Shown here in pieces: positions 29,809-41,210 of a DNA stretch of 64,000 nt. Each line of letters opens with the position of its first letter. Position 1 is the first letter of the stretch. The stretch comes from the human T2T-CHM13v2.0 reference genome, Homo sapiens. The stretch lies in the NCBI RefSeq assembly GCF_009914755.1, contig NC_060927.1, one strand, 5' to 3'. Under the pieces are notes generated by a model. It did not search any database, was not told the origin of the DNA, and saw only the letters and a program-made list of their open reading frames with translations. The translations under genes were made by a program, and so were the position numbers.

Positions 29809-32800
29809 CAGCAAACTCTACTGCTTCTGCCAACTAAGTGGTACTTCCAGGTGGGGGCTGTGCTCCTCTGTCTTTCACCCACCAGTCCTTTATTTTCTCT
29901 GTCAAAGCTCCCATTGCCACCTGTCTCCCAGGGTGGCTGTGAGCCCTTGGAGGGGGAAGTGCCCTGCTCACCTCTGTATGACTGTTGCCCAGCACTGTCC
30001 AAGGCCCAGAGCAAATGCTGAGTGTTGAGGGGGTGACTGGTGCTAGGGCGCTGCTGCCCACGCTGGCTGCAAATCCTGCAGGGCTCTGTGCCCATGTACC
30101 TTCTCCCGTCAGCACTGCTTCCTTCCTTTGGTCATGGGGAGGAGCTGCCCATCAGGCCTTTCCCTTTTAGTTATTTGACTATCTGCCCAAACCAACTTGC
30201 AGCATTTGCTCCGTAGTGGTTTAAAATACTCGCTTCCGCACATGCGTCAAGAGAACATTAACCACCTTGAAATGTATTAAACAGTCAGGCCGGCAGATAC
30301 CAGTGGAATTCTCATTCAGAAAGGCTGTCGGTGTTTTTCTCATTGCTTCTGAGAATGCTTAATTGGCTAACATTTGACTTATTTCTATGGAATCACTGCA
30401 TCAAATTGTCATGTGAAAATTGCCAGTTAAAAAAAAAGACATCATTTTTGTGACTTCAGCCACTTTGCATCTCTATGATGTCTGCTGTATTATATAGTTA
30501 GGTAAAACTTTGGAGTCTTAATCAAGTCTGACTAGAAAACCACTGTGGAGTATCAAAGAAAGGTCATGGTCTCGGACTCATGTGACCTAGATCCACTGAT
30601 GAGTTGTGAGGTTCAGGGCAAATCACTCAGCCCCTCTGGGTGTGAGTCTCTATCACATGCAGAAAGGACACAATGGCACCTCCTCTACCCAAGAAAGTTC
30701 TAAGTATTCAAATGGAAGTGGCTCTGTATGCCTTTTGAAAGGATAAAGCGCTTACAAAAACAAGGTGATCATATTTAAGAAATCTTCGAGGCTTAAACCC
30801 CAAAACAAAACTCTACGTCTTTCTTTCTTTATACTGTCTTATTAATTTAGTTAATTATATTTTCAGGAGAAGTTTGAATTTAGTGTGAGTCTCTTCCCAG
30901 TTCTTTGATGTGTAGCCTGCATGTGTCACACAGCTGGTAGTCACCATGGTTACACAAAAAATGCAGCAGTTGCAGGCCCATAAATTTTCAGGAAGAACCA
31001 GTCAAAACTGTTAATATTATGTCAAGTTGATGTGTTGTTTTCCAATTTGCGTGGATAACTGCATTGCAGCAGATTAATTAAAACAGATAAATGTTAATCT
31101 AATGCATGTCTCCTTGTAATTAATGAAATATAACCATTACAGAGGTGTTTGATTTATTATTTTAATATATAAAATGCTGAATTCTCCTATAAAGTTAGTT
31201 ATAGTAATAGGAAAAGCTGACCCATATATAGCATTAAGAAAAATAATCACATTTCTATAAATTAATCACTCTCTAAAAGCATATAGTTCATTAACACTAT
31301 GAACTGAAAGTGTTGGATGTAAATTAGATTAACCTTTTTAGTGACACTTCCATTTATATTGCACATTCTCTTCAAACTAAAAGCACTTTACATATATTAA
31401 TTCAATTAACCCTCCCTAGACCCTTGTTAAGTAAGTACATATATCAAAGTTGGAAGGGAGGAGAAATGAAACCCTTCAAAAATACTGAAATCCTGCCCTT
31501 AGGATGTATGATTTATGATTTCCTCTGCAGCAGTACAGTTTATCCAGATTTATATGGCTTGAGAACATGGGTACATATCCATGCTTTCTCTCTCATGCTG
31601 CCAAGAAACCCTTAACATGTCACTTCATGCCTGAAGCTGGAGATGCTTCTGCCTGAAGCTTAGGCCAGATGCTGTAAGGAAATTTCTGTTTTATTTAATA
31701 AAAGGTACCCCAGCAACTCTGGGTTTGGTGGTAGACAGGGCATGTCCAAGTGGGTATGGGTGGCCAGACCTTAGTGCCCCATTCAACAACCAGAGGGCCA
31801 TTGTCCCTTGGTCTTGCTGCTACTCCACCTCTACCCTTTTCACTTGATCATCTGGAGGCTCAGGTCAGACTGCAGCTCTTGAACAAGACCTTGGGATGCT
31901 ACTGGGAGGAGAAACAAGGATCTGCAGGGAGGTAGGGATGGGCATCAATCTTCCTTAGCTGGGGTCCCTCCTCAGACCTGCCTTGGTGAGGGGCAGAGGC
32001 TGCTGCTCCCTCACCTGCTGAGATGGAGGGCAAGGATCAGCCAGAAGAAGACTTCATTCTCCATCCTGCCTAAAAGCCTGTTTCTCAAGGAAAGTTTCCT
32101 GAGTGAGGATCTGGGTCTTCTGCTGTAGTGTGTCACTAGGAGTGCCCCATCTTTTATGAGGCCATGCCTCTTTGGAGCACTTACCATTATTGCTCAGGCT
32201 TCCTGGAGATAACTATGCACCCAGAGAGAAGAAAAGGATGGAAGCAGTCTTGCATTATAAGAACTAGAAGACTCAAGGCAGAGACTACAAACATTTCCTT
32301 AGTTTCATTGAATATGTGTTTGGTGACTTGAGGTTCTGAATGTTCATTTTTCCAACTCTTTCTGCTCCTTAAAGTTCTGAAATGCACAAGCACTCTCCTA
32401 GGGGCAGTGTCACACTATATTCCACAAACCAGTCTTCTTTGAAATGGAGTGCATCTCAGATAACAGCCTACCTTTTAGCTGATGGTTCCAAACCTACCAA
32501 GGGCAATGGCTAACCCAAAGGAGTGAATCACTAATGATAAAGCATGAAATCTAGTGTAGAAAAAACATTTTGGAGTGTTTGGATTCTTCTCCCTGACTCT
32601 GCAGTTAGAAAATAACCTACTCTTGTCCTCCCAGCCAACATGCAAGGACAGTTTAAGCCCACAGTCCTAGAATCTCACCACATTGTACTCTGCCAATACT
32701 TATTGGTGCACATCTCTTTGCTGCAAATTGCCCTAGCTTCTCTCCTCTAAGTAGTGCCTCACAGGGATTAATAATCAGGACTTAAAGCCAAGAACTAAAA

Positions 32801-33675
32801 TGTTATCATTCAGGAAACTCACAAAGATGCTGGAGAGTGAGAAAAAATATTCACTTTTCAGTTCATGATATTTTAAGAGTTTTCTTTTTTCTATGATGCT
32901 TTTATTTGTGGGAGAATGGACCATCATTTGGAGTAGGAAAGAAAGCTAAAATTACTCACAATGAGAGTAAAAAGAATGTCATAGCTAAGACCCCGATTTC
33001 ACCTTCCTAGATTTATTTTTGTTGTTGTTTTTTCTCCCAAAGGAAAACCAATTATTTTGACTTTATTGTGCTATCATCAGAAATGTCAAGATGGCTGTAT
33101 CTTGCTTAATTATTAATGTTAGAATTATATTTAAGACTTTTTAGTAATTTACTGTGATTTTAATTAGAAGTCATAAATAAAGCATTTTTATTGCACTTGC
33201 ATTTTTTTTTTTCCTTTTTTAACAACTCCTGCCTCCTTTCCATGCCAATCTTCCAGAAATTAAATTCCAGTCTTCCTAGGGAGAAGGAACTCAAGTCAGG
33301 GACCAGCCAAGAATCTTCTTAAAACCATAGCTTTTCCTTCAGTTTTGCTTTTTAAATATTCCACTACTACTTTGTCCCAATGGCCACAGCAACAGAAGAG
33401 GAGAACAAACAGAATCATCACATTAGCCTTTAGCACTCCTCTTGTCTCACTCTTCCCTTATCTTGCCCTCACCCCTCCAGGATCTTTCTCTGCTTGTCCT
33501 TGGTAGCATCAAGGACTGCTTTTGAAGGTAGGGTTTGGCTGCTCCCTGGAAGCCACTCCTTAAAATACTACCCATAATGGAGAGAATCATCATCACCCTA
33601 GCTTTACAATTTGTGTTTTCTCAATTCAATGGAAAATGTGAGCAAAAGCATCTTTAGAAAATATTGCTACTTTTT

Positions 33676-33843
<168 letters not shown>

Positions 33844-36800
33844 ATTGTTACTTTTATTGATCAGAACCAGCCAACCTTGCTAAAGACCAAGGGCTTGCTA
33901 TGAGCCACCATTTCAAAACAAGTCACCTGTTCTTATATAGGAGGCCATTTGATTGGAAGTGTGAATGAGGTGACTTGCTTTGAAGTGGTGGCTCATAGCA
34001 AGTCCTCTGTCTTTAGTACAGTGCTTTTACTCACATTTTCCACTAGCTTGTGGACTGATCTCTCTTTCATCCAGTTCTACACAGCCCTTGGTGGATCTTC
34101 CAGATACACACACACAGTCACTCCTGCTCAAAATTCCTCATGTGACTTCACCACTTTCATGATACAGTCCACATTCCTTGGCTTGTCTTAAAAGGCCCTT
34201 AGTTGGTGCCTACCTGTTCCTGGGCTAGAAATGAAGCTCTCTGTGAGCACAGCCCAGCACCTAGCCCAGTGTTGGAGTGAGCAAATGAGGGAACCCTCTC
34301 CACACTTGCCCCTCTCACTTCAGCCCCATCTGCAGGACGACCCAGTTTTCTGCCTGGAGGAGTTTTCCTGTGTTCTGTCTGCTGTGCACACTGCTCTGTC
34401 TCCTCCTATGCTTTGTCCTGCCTGGCAGCCTGGAAGGCCTCCCCCACGCTGTCAGCGTTTCTGGGAATCCCCTGGGGCACTCCCCTCCCTTCATTATGTG
34501 GCTCCCATATAGAACTCCACAGTGACACTACTCAATTGCATTGTCATTGCTCACCTATCTGCGCCTCACTAGATTGCGTTCCTTCTTCCCAGGTTCTCAG
34601 ACTCGGTCTAACGCTATGGATGAAGTAGGTGGATGAATGATGGATGGAGCTCCCTGGAACCCAGCTCTTTGCCTTGTGGGGGAATGTAAGGCTGGTGTGT
34701 GGAGTTTTCCTTGTCTAATCTTTCTCCTTCATTCCCTGGGATCCCCAGTGTTCATCTCCTCAGTACACACACATAAGGGCTGGCAGAGCAGGAGGATTAG
34801 GAGAGGTCAACATCCCAGGAAGGGCCCTACTGGTTATTGCTGGCATGAGCTGATACATTCAAGATGGGGAGATAGAGCCCAGCTGGGGTTAGGGACCTTT
34901 TGGGTATAAGTTATGGCTGGGGAGCGGAAGCTAGATAGCCCAGGGTCATGAGCCTCTGCAGCAATTTCCAGAGTGTGCACCCTTCCTGGATAATTAATGT
35001 AAATTACCTTTGCTATCAGTGAATTAGCATAGACATAAGGCCCCACTTTGCTCCATAGCATTGGATACCAAACACGTGGGAGAATATCTTCTGTCACGCA
35101 CTGATGAGAATTTGGTTGTAACCATCAGCTGCTGCAGGTGGATCTGACACTTTCCTATGTCATTCCTTGGGTCCTCCTTGCTCCTATCAGCATTCCCTTA
35201 AACCCTAGACTGTACAAGTTTTAAGTGGATAAAGCATGCTCCATTTTCCAAACAGGTCATTAAAAACAATTTGCAATTTGTGATATCAGATGCATGTGTG
35301 TGTAGAGGCAAGAAGGAAGTTTTTAATTGGAAAAGCTTTGTCTTCAATTAAAGTGGGATGCTGAATGTGATGAGGCCTGTGGAGTTCTGAGCCTACAGCT
35401 AGGGAGGCAGGGCAGCAGGAAGAGGGGCCAACCTTTGGCTGTGCTGAGATTTCCAGGTTGTGTATGTAGTCCACAAAATGAACAAACGGGAGTCTCTCTG
35501 AAGACAGAAAATTTACTTTTTGCTGGGATTCCCTTATGGGAATCCATAAGGATAGGCTGGTTTGGTTCTGAGTGATAAAGCTTTGGCACTCTACATGGGG
35601 AAATACCATCTTCCTCAACCAAACCAAAATCCTGAGCTTTTGAGGCTGGTGTTGAGAGGGTCACCTTCTGAGGGACAGTCCCCAGGCACATGGATGAGAG
35701 CTAGGTTGCTAACAGCCCTGATTCTCTTCTTGAAATTCCCTTTCTTCTAGGGGTAGAGGTTTTTCTCCAAATAATGCTGCCACTCCCTACATGGGCTGAG
35801 GTTGAGCCAAGATAGAATAGACCATTTTTTCTGTAACTCTGGCTCTAGTGGAAATAACAATTCCCTTTAGATATCAAGGCTTGAACTTGGACCAAACAGG
35901 ATTTTACTAAAGTTTCAGGATGGATAACGGAAATAAACATAAAGAATCATGAACTTTCAACCGTATCAGAACCAATGGTCCCTTTTAACAACACATATTT
36001 TGTAGTGCCCCCATTATTATTTCTGAAATGAAAGGTACTGATACTGTTATGCATTTATATAATTTAACAAATCAATATAATGTCTTCACTGAATACAAAG
36101 AAATTAGAAGTTAAATAATGTATAATAAAATGATATGTATTTCAACAAATGCTTGGGCCCAACCATACAAAAGGAAGTAGTGAATTAGATGCTTGTTGTC
36201 AGTTCGCAGCAACACCACGTGAATCACTGTGAATTCAACAGCTTACAGATGCAAACAGATCTGTGTGTGTTGTATTGGTGATTCAGATGTCATGGACATA
36301 TTGTGGCGATGTGACTTTTTTAAATGCTGAAAGACTTCTGGCAATATTTTGAATAAGACAAAGCATTCTTTGGCCTCAATTCATAGGATGGTTGTATTCC
36401 TGGAAAGCTCAGGGTTTATCAAAGCTACACAGAGAATATCCAGCTGACTCACTTTAATGCCACTGGTACAGGGAAGAGAACTGTGGGGCTCTAGATGGTA
36501 TGCTGGGGGCCATTCAGGCAGAGTGGTGCCTGGATCACCCCTCCACCACACATGCACTCACCATTTCCTGGTTCTAAGAGGTACCCAAGAAGTATCTCAT
36601 ATGTGCTTACAGGCCGAAATTGCCTTAAAGGGTAGACAATTTCTAGAACAGTAAATAGGTCTTTCTAAAGACATTTTTGGGGAAAAGAGGAAAATGTCAC
36701 CAGCTGGTGGTCAACTGAAAGAGGCCAGGATTTCACAAGGAGATCTTCTGGAGAATAGGGTCTCCCTGGTGGGGGATGCTGGAAGACCACTTGGGGAGCC

Positions 36801-38633
36801 CATAGATCATGTGCGAGAACATCATTTAGACCAAGCAAAAGGAGAATCACTGCTTTGCCAGTTAAGCATGGGGACATCTTGTGGTCTTTCCCATTGCCTG
36901 CTTCTCTACCTGACACAGAAGCACTGTTAGGGGGTGTGCGGGGAGACCACACTGGGCCCAGAGACAATGACCTTTGGATCAGATATAAGATTGAAGTTTA
37001 AAAGTGAACTGGACTAAGTCTTCTTAACAAAAAAGAAATGAAAAGCTATGAATTGGGCTGGAATATCTTTAAGGCAGCTGCCACCCTTTGGGAAAGAGGA
37101 GCTTGACAAATCATGGTAGGGAGCAAAAATAACATCATTTGATGTTTATAGTCCAGTGGATTAGACTCCAGCAAACTGGCTAGAGTGTTTATTAAGGTCA
37201 ATACTGATATTTCAGAGATAAAATGCTATTCTCTTGGATAAAAATTATTCCTTAATTTTCTCGTGGATAATTTAAAGAGGTGAGGGTTTTTATTTTGTTT
37301 TTGTTTTAATCCCTACATGGCTCTTTCTTTTTCCCCCTCCTCACATAAGCTTGAAGTGTTTCTAAGAGAGAGGCTGGATTGCCTAAGAGAGTTTCAGCAA
37401 CTTTGAGATGAAAATGCATTTTAATATTTTGATTTAATGGGGAATGGTATAGCCCCTTAATAAGTAGTTCAGTGACATTTGGTAGTTCTGTAATATTTGA
37501 CTTGGAGTTGAGTTTATAAAAATTTCAGCCCAACAGTAACTTCAGGGCACTAAGGGATGTATGTATTTCTGAAATGAGAAGACCTGGTTGACATTCTGAT
37601 TCTAAAATCAACACCATTCCTTATGCGTCACCATATTTTCGATTATAATGGATGATGGGCTATGAATTTTAAAAACAGCTTCTCTGCAAGCTCCTGCACA
37701 GACCCAGCTTGTGCAATAAAAAGAAGAGCTTGGGAGAGAGAGGAGTGTCCTCATGCCCACTCTTCTGACTTGACTTACTAAAATGCTTCCTTCTCCGAGA
37801 CTGCTTTGGTTTTTTGCCCCCTACATTGGTTCCTTGGGAATTTTTTAGAACGTGGAATCTTTTCTAACTTTGTGGGGAATTTTTATCCTGATTTGCTGAA
37901 ATGGTTGAGCTTAGGAAAGGTAAAGTCCTGTCAGTAAAAACCTGAGATTTTATGAAATACCTATGACAGCCAGACAAAAGTATTTCTAAAAAAAAATTGG
38001 GGGAGCAAAACGGATGCCTAGGGCATGGTGTTCTTGCATCTCTTTGCCATTTCAGGATAAATTCAGGCCTTTGCTACCTGTTCGTTTCCCATTTCACCGT
38101 CGTCTCACCTTCCAAGTAGAAAATACCCTAAATGGATTATATTAAGGTCCCAACATGTCATTCCTAGGCAGTGATTAAGGTCGGGGTTATTCTCAGGGAG
38201 CCCCAGGATGCAATGGTTTTGTGGGTACTGGGCTTACGTTTGTTTTTACCAGGAGGTTCAGAAACAGACCTCCCTTCACCAAGGGTGGTCACAAAATCAG
38301 GTCTGAAACGGCCCCATATTCTACCCATAGCCAGCTCAGAATGGGGAAGGGCCAGCCCTACCCGCTACCCCACTGTGCTGAACTGGAGGAGTAGAATGGT
38401 TGTTGAGTTAGGTGGGACCTGCTAATAGTGGCTTAGAATTTGGGGCTTCCTCCCCAGAGGGAATGTGAGCTTTGGGTTCAACCTCATAGCTGGCCTTGAT
38501 ACCTTCTAGGAAATGCCTTTCATCAGGCTCAATAAGGTACAGGTTGAATAGAGACTAGATAGTCTCTATCATATGGGCAGGGCATATCTGGTACAACCAC
38601 CCTCTATGCCCACACAGATCCTCTCCCCTACAG

Positions 38634-38754
38634 GATTGAGAAACTACCTATTGGGTACTCTGTTTATTACCTGGGTGATAAAACAATCTGTACACCACAC
38701 CCCTGTGACACGCAATTTACTCATGTAACAAACCCAACATGTTCCCCCTGAACC
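38634..38754 (+). mobile_element. L1PA15/16 3' fragment without tail (inverted copy of 39361-39481)
   Basis: AAACTACCTATTGGGTAC..TTACCTGGGTGA..CCCCCTGAACC. Confidence 0.82.
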
Positions 38755-38791
38755 TCTAGGGAAGAGGGTATTTGCAGGCATAGAGGGTGGT

Positions 38792-39250
38792 TGTAGCTGT
38801 CAGTGCTGTGCCTGTATCCCCTCTGCTCATGCCTTTTTCGTGCAGGTAGGCCTGACTTCCAGCAGCACCTGTGGTCTCTCCCTGGCCCCTAGACCCCTCT
38901 GTGCTTGCCAAGTGTGGCAGGTCAGTAGTCAGAGGGAATTAATGCCTTTGGGAACTGTCCTTACCAATGACTCACAGGCATTGATGGAGCAGCATTCCAA
39001 CTCCCCCTTCCCTCTCCCTCAGGTGGGAGGATGACTGAGGTATTTTACCCAGTGTCTGGGCATCTCCAAGAGGATTAAGCTCCAGTTTTGCCCACACTGG
39101 TAACTTGCTTCTAGCCTTTACTGGCTTTCTTCCCTTCCTGAGTCACTTCTCCACTCCCCTACTGGTATTTCCTGAGACCACCTCCTACACACACACCTTT
39201 GCTCAAATCCTTGCCTCAGGGCCTGCTTTTGATGGAGCTCAAACTAAGAG
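38792..39250 (+). mobile_element. LTR16C-like ERVL solo LTR
   Basis: CCAATGACT..GGATTAAGCTCCAGTT..GCCCACA.TGGTAACTTGCTT..CTCAAATCCTTG.CTCAGGG..CAAACTAAGA. Confidence 0.8.
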
Positions 39251-39272
39251 GGAACAAACAAGAGAAGGGCTC

Positions 39273-39273
<1 letters not shown>

Positions 39274-39326
<53 letters not shown>

Positions 39327-39329
39327 TGT
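39274..39329. repeat. (TG)n microsatellite, about 28 units with two TT interruptions
   Basis: Direct read. Confidence 0.96.
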
Positions 39330-39333
39330 TGGC

Positions 39334-39527
39334 TTTTTTCCCCTTCTAACTTTTATTTTGGGTTCAGGGGGAACATGTTGGGTTTGTTATATGGGTAAAT
39401 TGCATGTCACAGGGGTTTGGTATATAAATTGTTTCGTCACCCAGGTAATAAGCAGAGTACCTGATAGGTAGTTTCTTGATCTTCATCCCCCTCCAACCCT
39501 CCATCCTCAAGTTGGTCCCTGTTGTTT
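39334..39527 (-). mobile_element. L1PA15/16 3' end
   Basis: AACTTTTATTTT.GGTTCAGGGGG..GTCACCCAGGTAATAAGC..GATAGGTAGTTT. Confidence 0.85.
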
Positions 39528-40480
39528 CCTAAGAGAAAATATTTTGTAGTAGAGTACTTGACACTCTTCTGCATCTACCTATACAGTAAATCTATTTCAG
39601 GCTATCAATTCTGGGATTCCTTTGGGCATCCAGTCAGACTTGCTGGCCAGCTGTGAGGTTTGTGGGGCATTTGGAGAATACTGTGTAGTCATTGAACTCT
39701 CAGCGCTTGTGTGCAGCACTTAAACTTGTCTTCACATCCATCTGGGGCTAGGAGACTTTGCTAGAGTAAGCTGTGCTGTGTTCTGCAGCTGAGGCAGGCA
39801 CTGAGCCTGGCAGTGGTGGTGATTTTTCCTCTGGGCTCAGGACTCTGAAGGCTCCTTGAGGGCAGGGTTGCCCTAGCTCTTTTCCCAAGATCTAGGGTAT
39901 GGCAGTCACCTACCCTTTGGAGGTGAAATGACTTGAATTAAGTTGAGTGCCTGCAGCCTACATAACCCAAGTGTCTGGGGGAACATCTGGCACCTCTGAT
40001 CACAGCCAGATTTCTCGAGTGTCTATTTTCAGTATTTTCCCAGAGCACCTATAAGTGGATTTGCAAAGCACTTACCTCTGTCTTCACCACTTCCTTTGAT
40101 GGTGTGGAACAGCTGGCAGAACTAAAAATCCTTCCCCTGTATCCACCATAGCTTGTGCATAGGTCTAAATTACTACGGCATTTCAGGTATTTCAGGTAAG
40201 ACAATGAAAAATCTGATTGATACAAATTCTGCGTTTCTCTAAGAGACTTAGTGCACCGAGCCATTGTCAGCTGAGCAGTTTGATGTGAATTAGTCCATTA
40301 GTTTAGACACATGGCCCAGCTTAAATGGATGGGATTTAGTATCTTTTACTTTTTTGACAGCCAAATAACTTTATTTCAGTGAGGAGAGTGTTAGCATATA
40401 TAACATATATATTAAATATAGCATATATGTTGCTATATATACACACATATATACACATACATGTATATATGGCAATATTG

Positions 40481-40481
<1 letters not shown>

Positions 40482-40520
<39 letters not shown>
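40482..40520. repeat. (TA)n microsatellite preceded by a degenerate TA/CA tract from ~40395
   Basis: Direct read. Confidence 0.95.
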
Positions 40521-40524
<4 letters not shown>

Positions 40525-40785
40525 ATTCCAGTCACTGAAATATAACATCTGATTTATTTGAAAAGTTCTCTTAATTCTGGGTGGCTGACCCGTGCATTGT
40601 GTGTGAATAGTGTATGAATCCTCACAATGCCACTGAGAAGCTACAGGATGTTGGATAAATTGCATAACTCCTCTGTGACTCAGATTTCTCATCTCTAAAA
40701 TGGGTATATTAAACTCTGGCTCAAGAGGCTGTTGTAAAGATGCAGTAAGCCTGAGGATATAAAAACCTGGCATACAAGAGGCTGG

Positions 40786-41210
40786 TGTTTAGGTTATCCA
40801 TTGCTGCCTAACAAACCCCTGCACAACTTAGCGAAACAGTGACCATTTGATTATGCTCACAGGTCCTGTGGCTCGGGCATTTAGACATGGGGTTATAGTT
40901 TATCCCTGCTCTACGATTTCTGTTGCCTTGAATAACTGGTGGTTGGGATCATCTGGAGGTGTCTTCGGGCCGGGCTCATGGGCTGCTATTGGCTACTGAC
41001 AAGGTCCTGTACATGGTCTCCACATGGCATTCAGCTTCCTGACTGGATCATGGTAGGGACAAAAATAACATCATTTAATGTTTGTAGTCCAGTGGATTGG
41101 GCTCCACCAAACTGGCTAGAGTATTTATTATGGTCAATGCTGATGTGTCAGAGATAAAATGACTTCAGGATGGTTATGCTTCTTACCTAGTGGATCAGGA
41201 CTCCAGTGCA
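40786..41210 (-). mobile_element. Old MLT1 LTR fragment containing a templated insertion
   Basis: TCCATTGCTGC.TAACAAAC..AACTTAGC..CCATTT.ATTATGCTCAC..ATCATCTGGAGG..CTTCTTAC. Confidence 0.65.

Noticed and set aside
29478-30095. Longest ORF in the window (205 aa, minus strand)
   Set aside because: Runs through MIR and MER5 remnants; no recognisable protein family.
35945-36420. Possible old DNA transposon
   Set aside because: Composition is suggestive, but I could not identify termini or a family with confidence.
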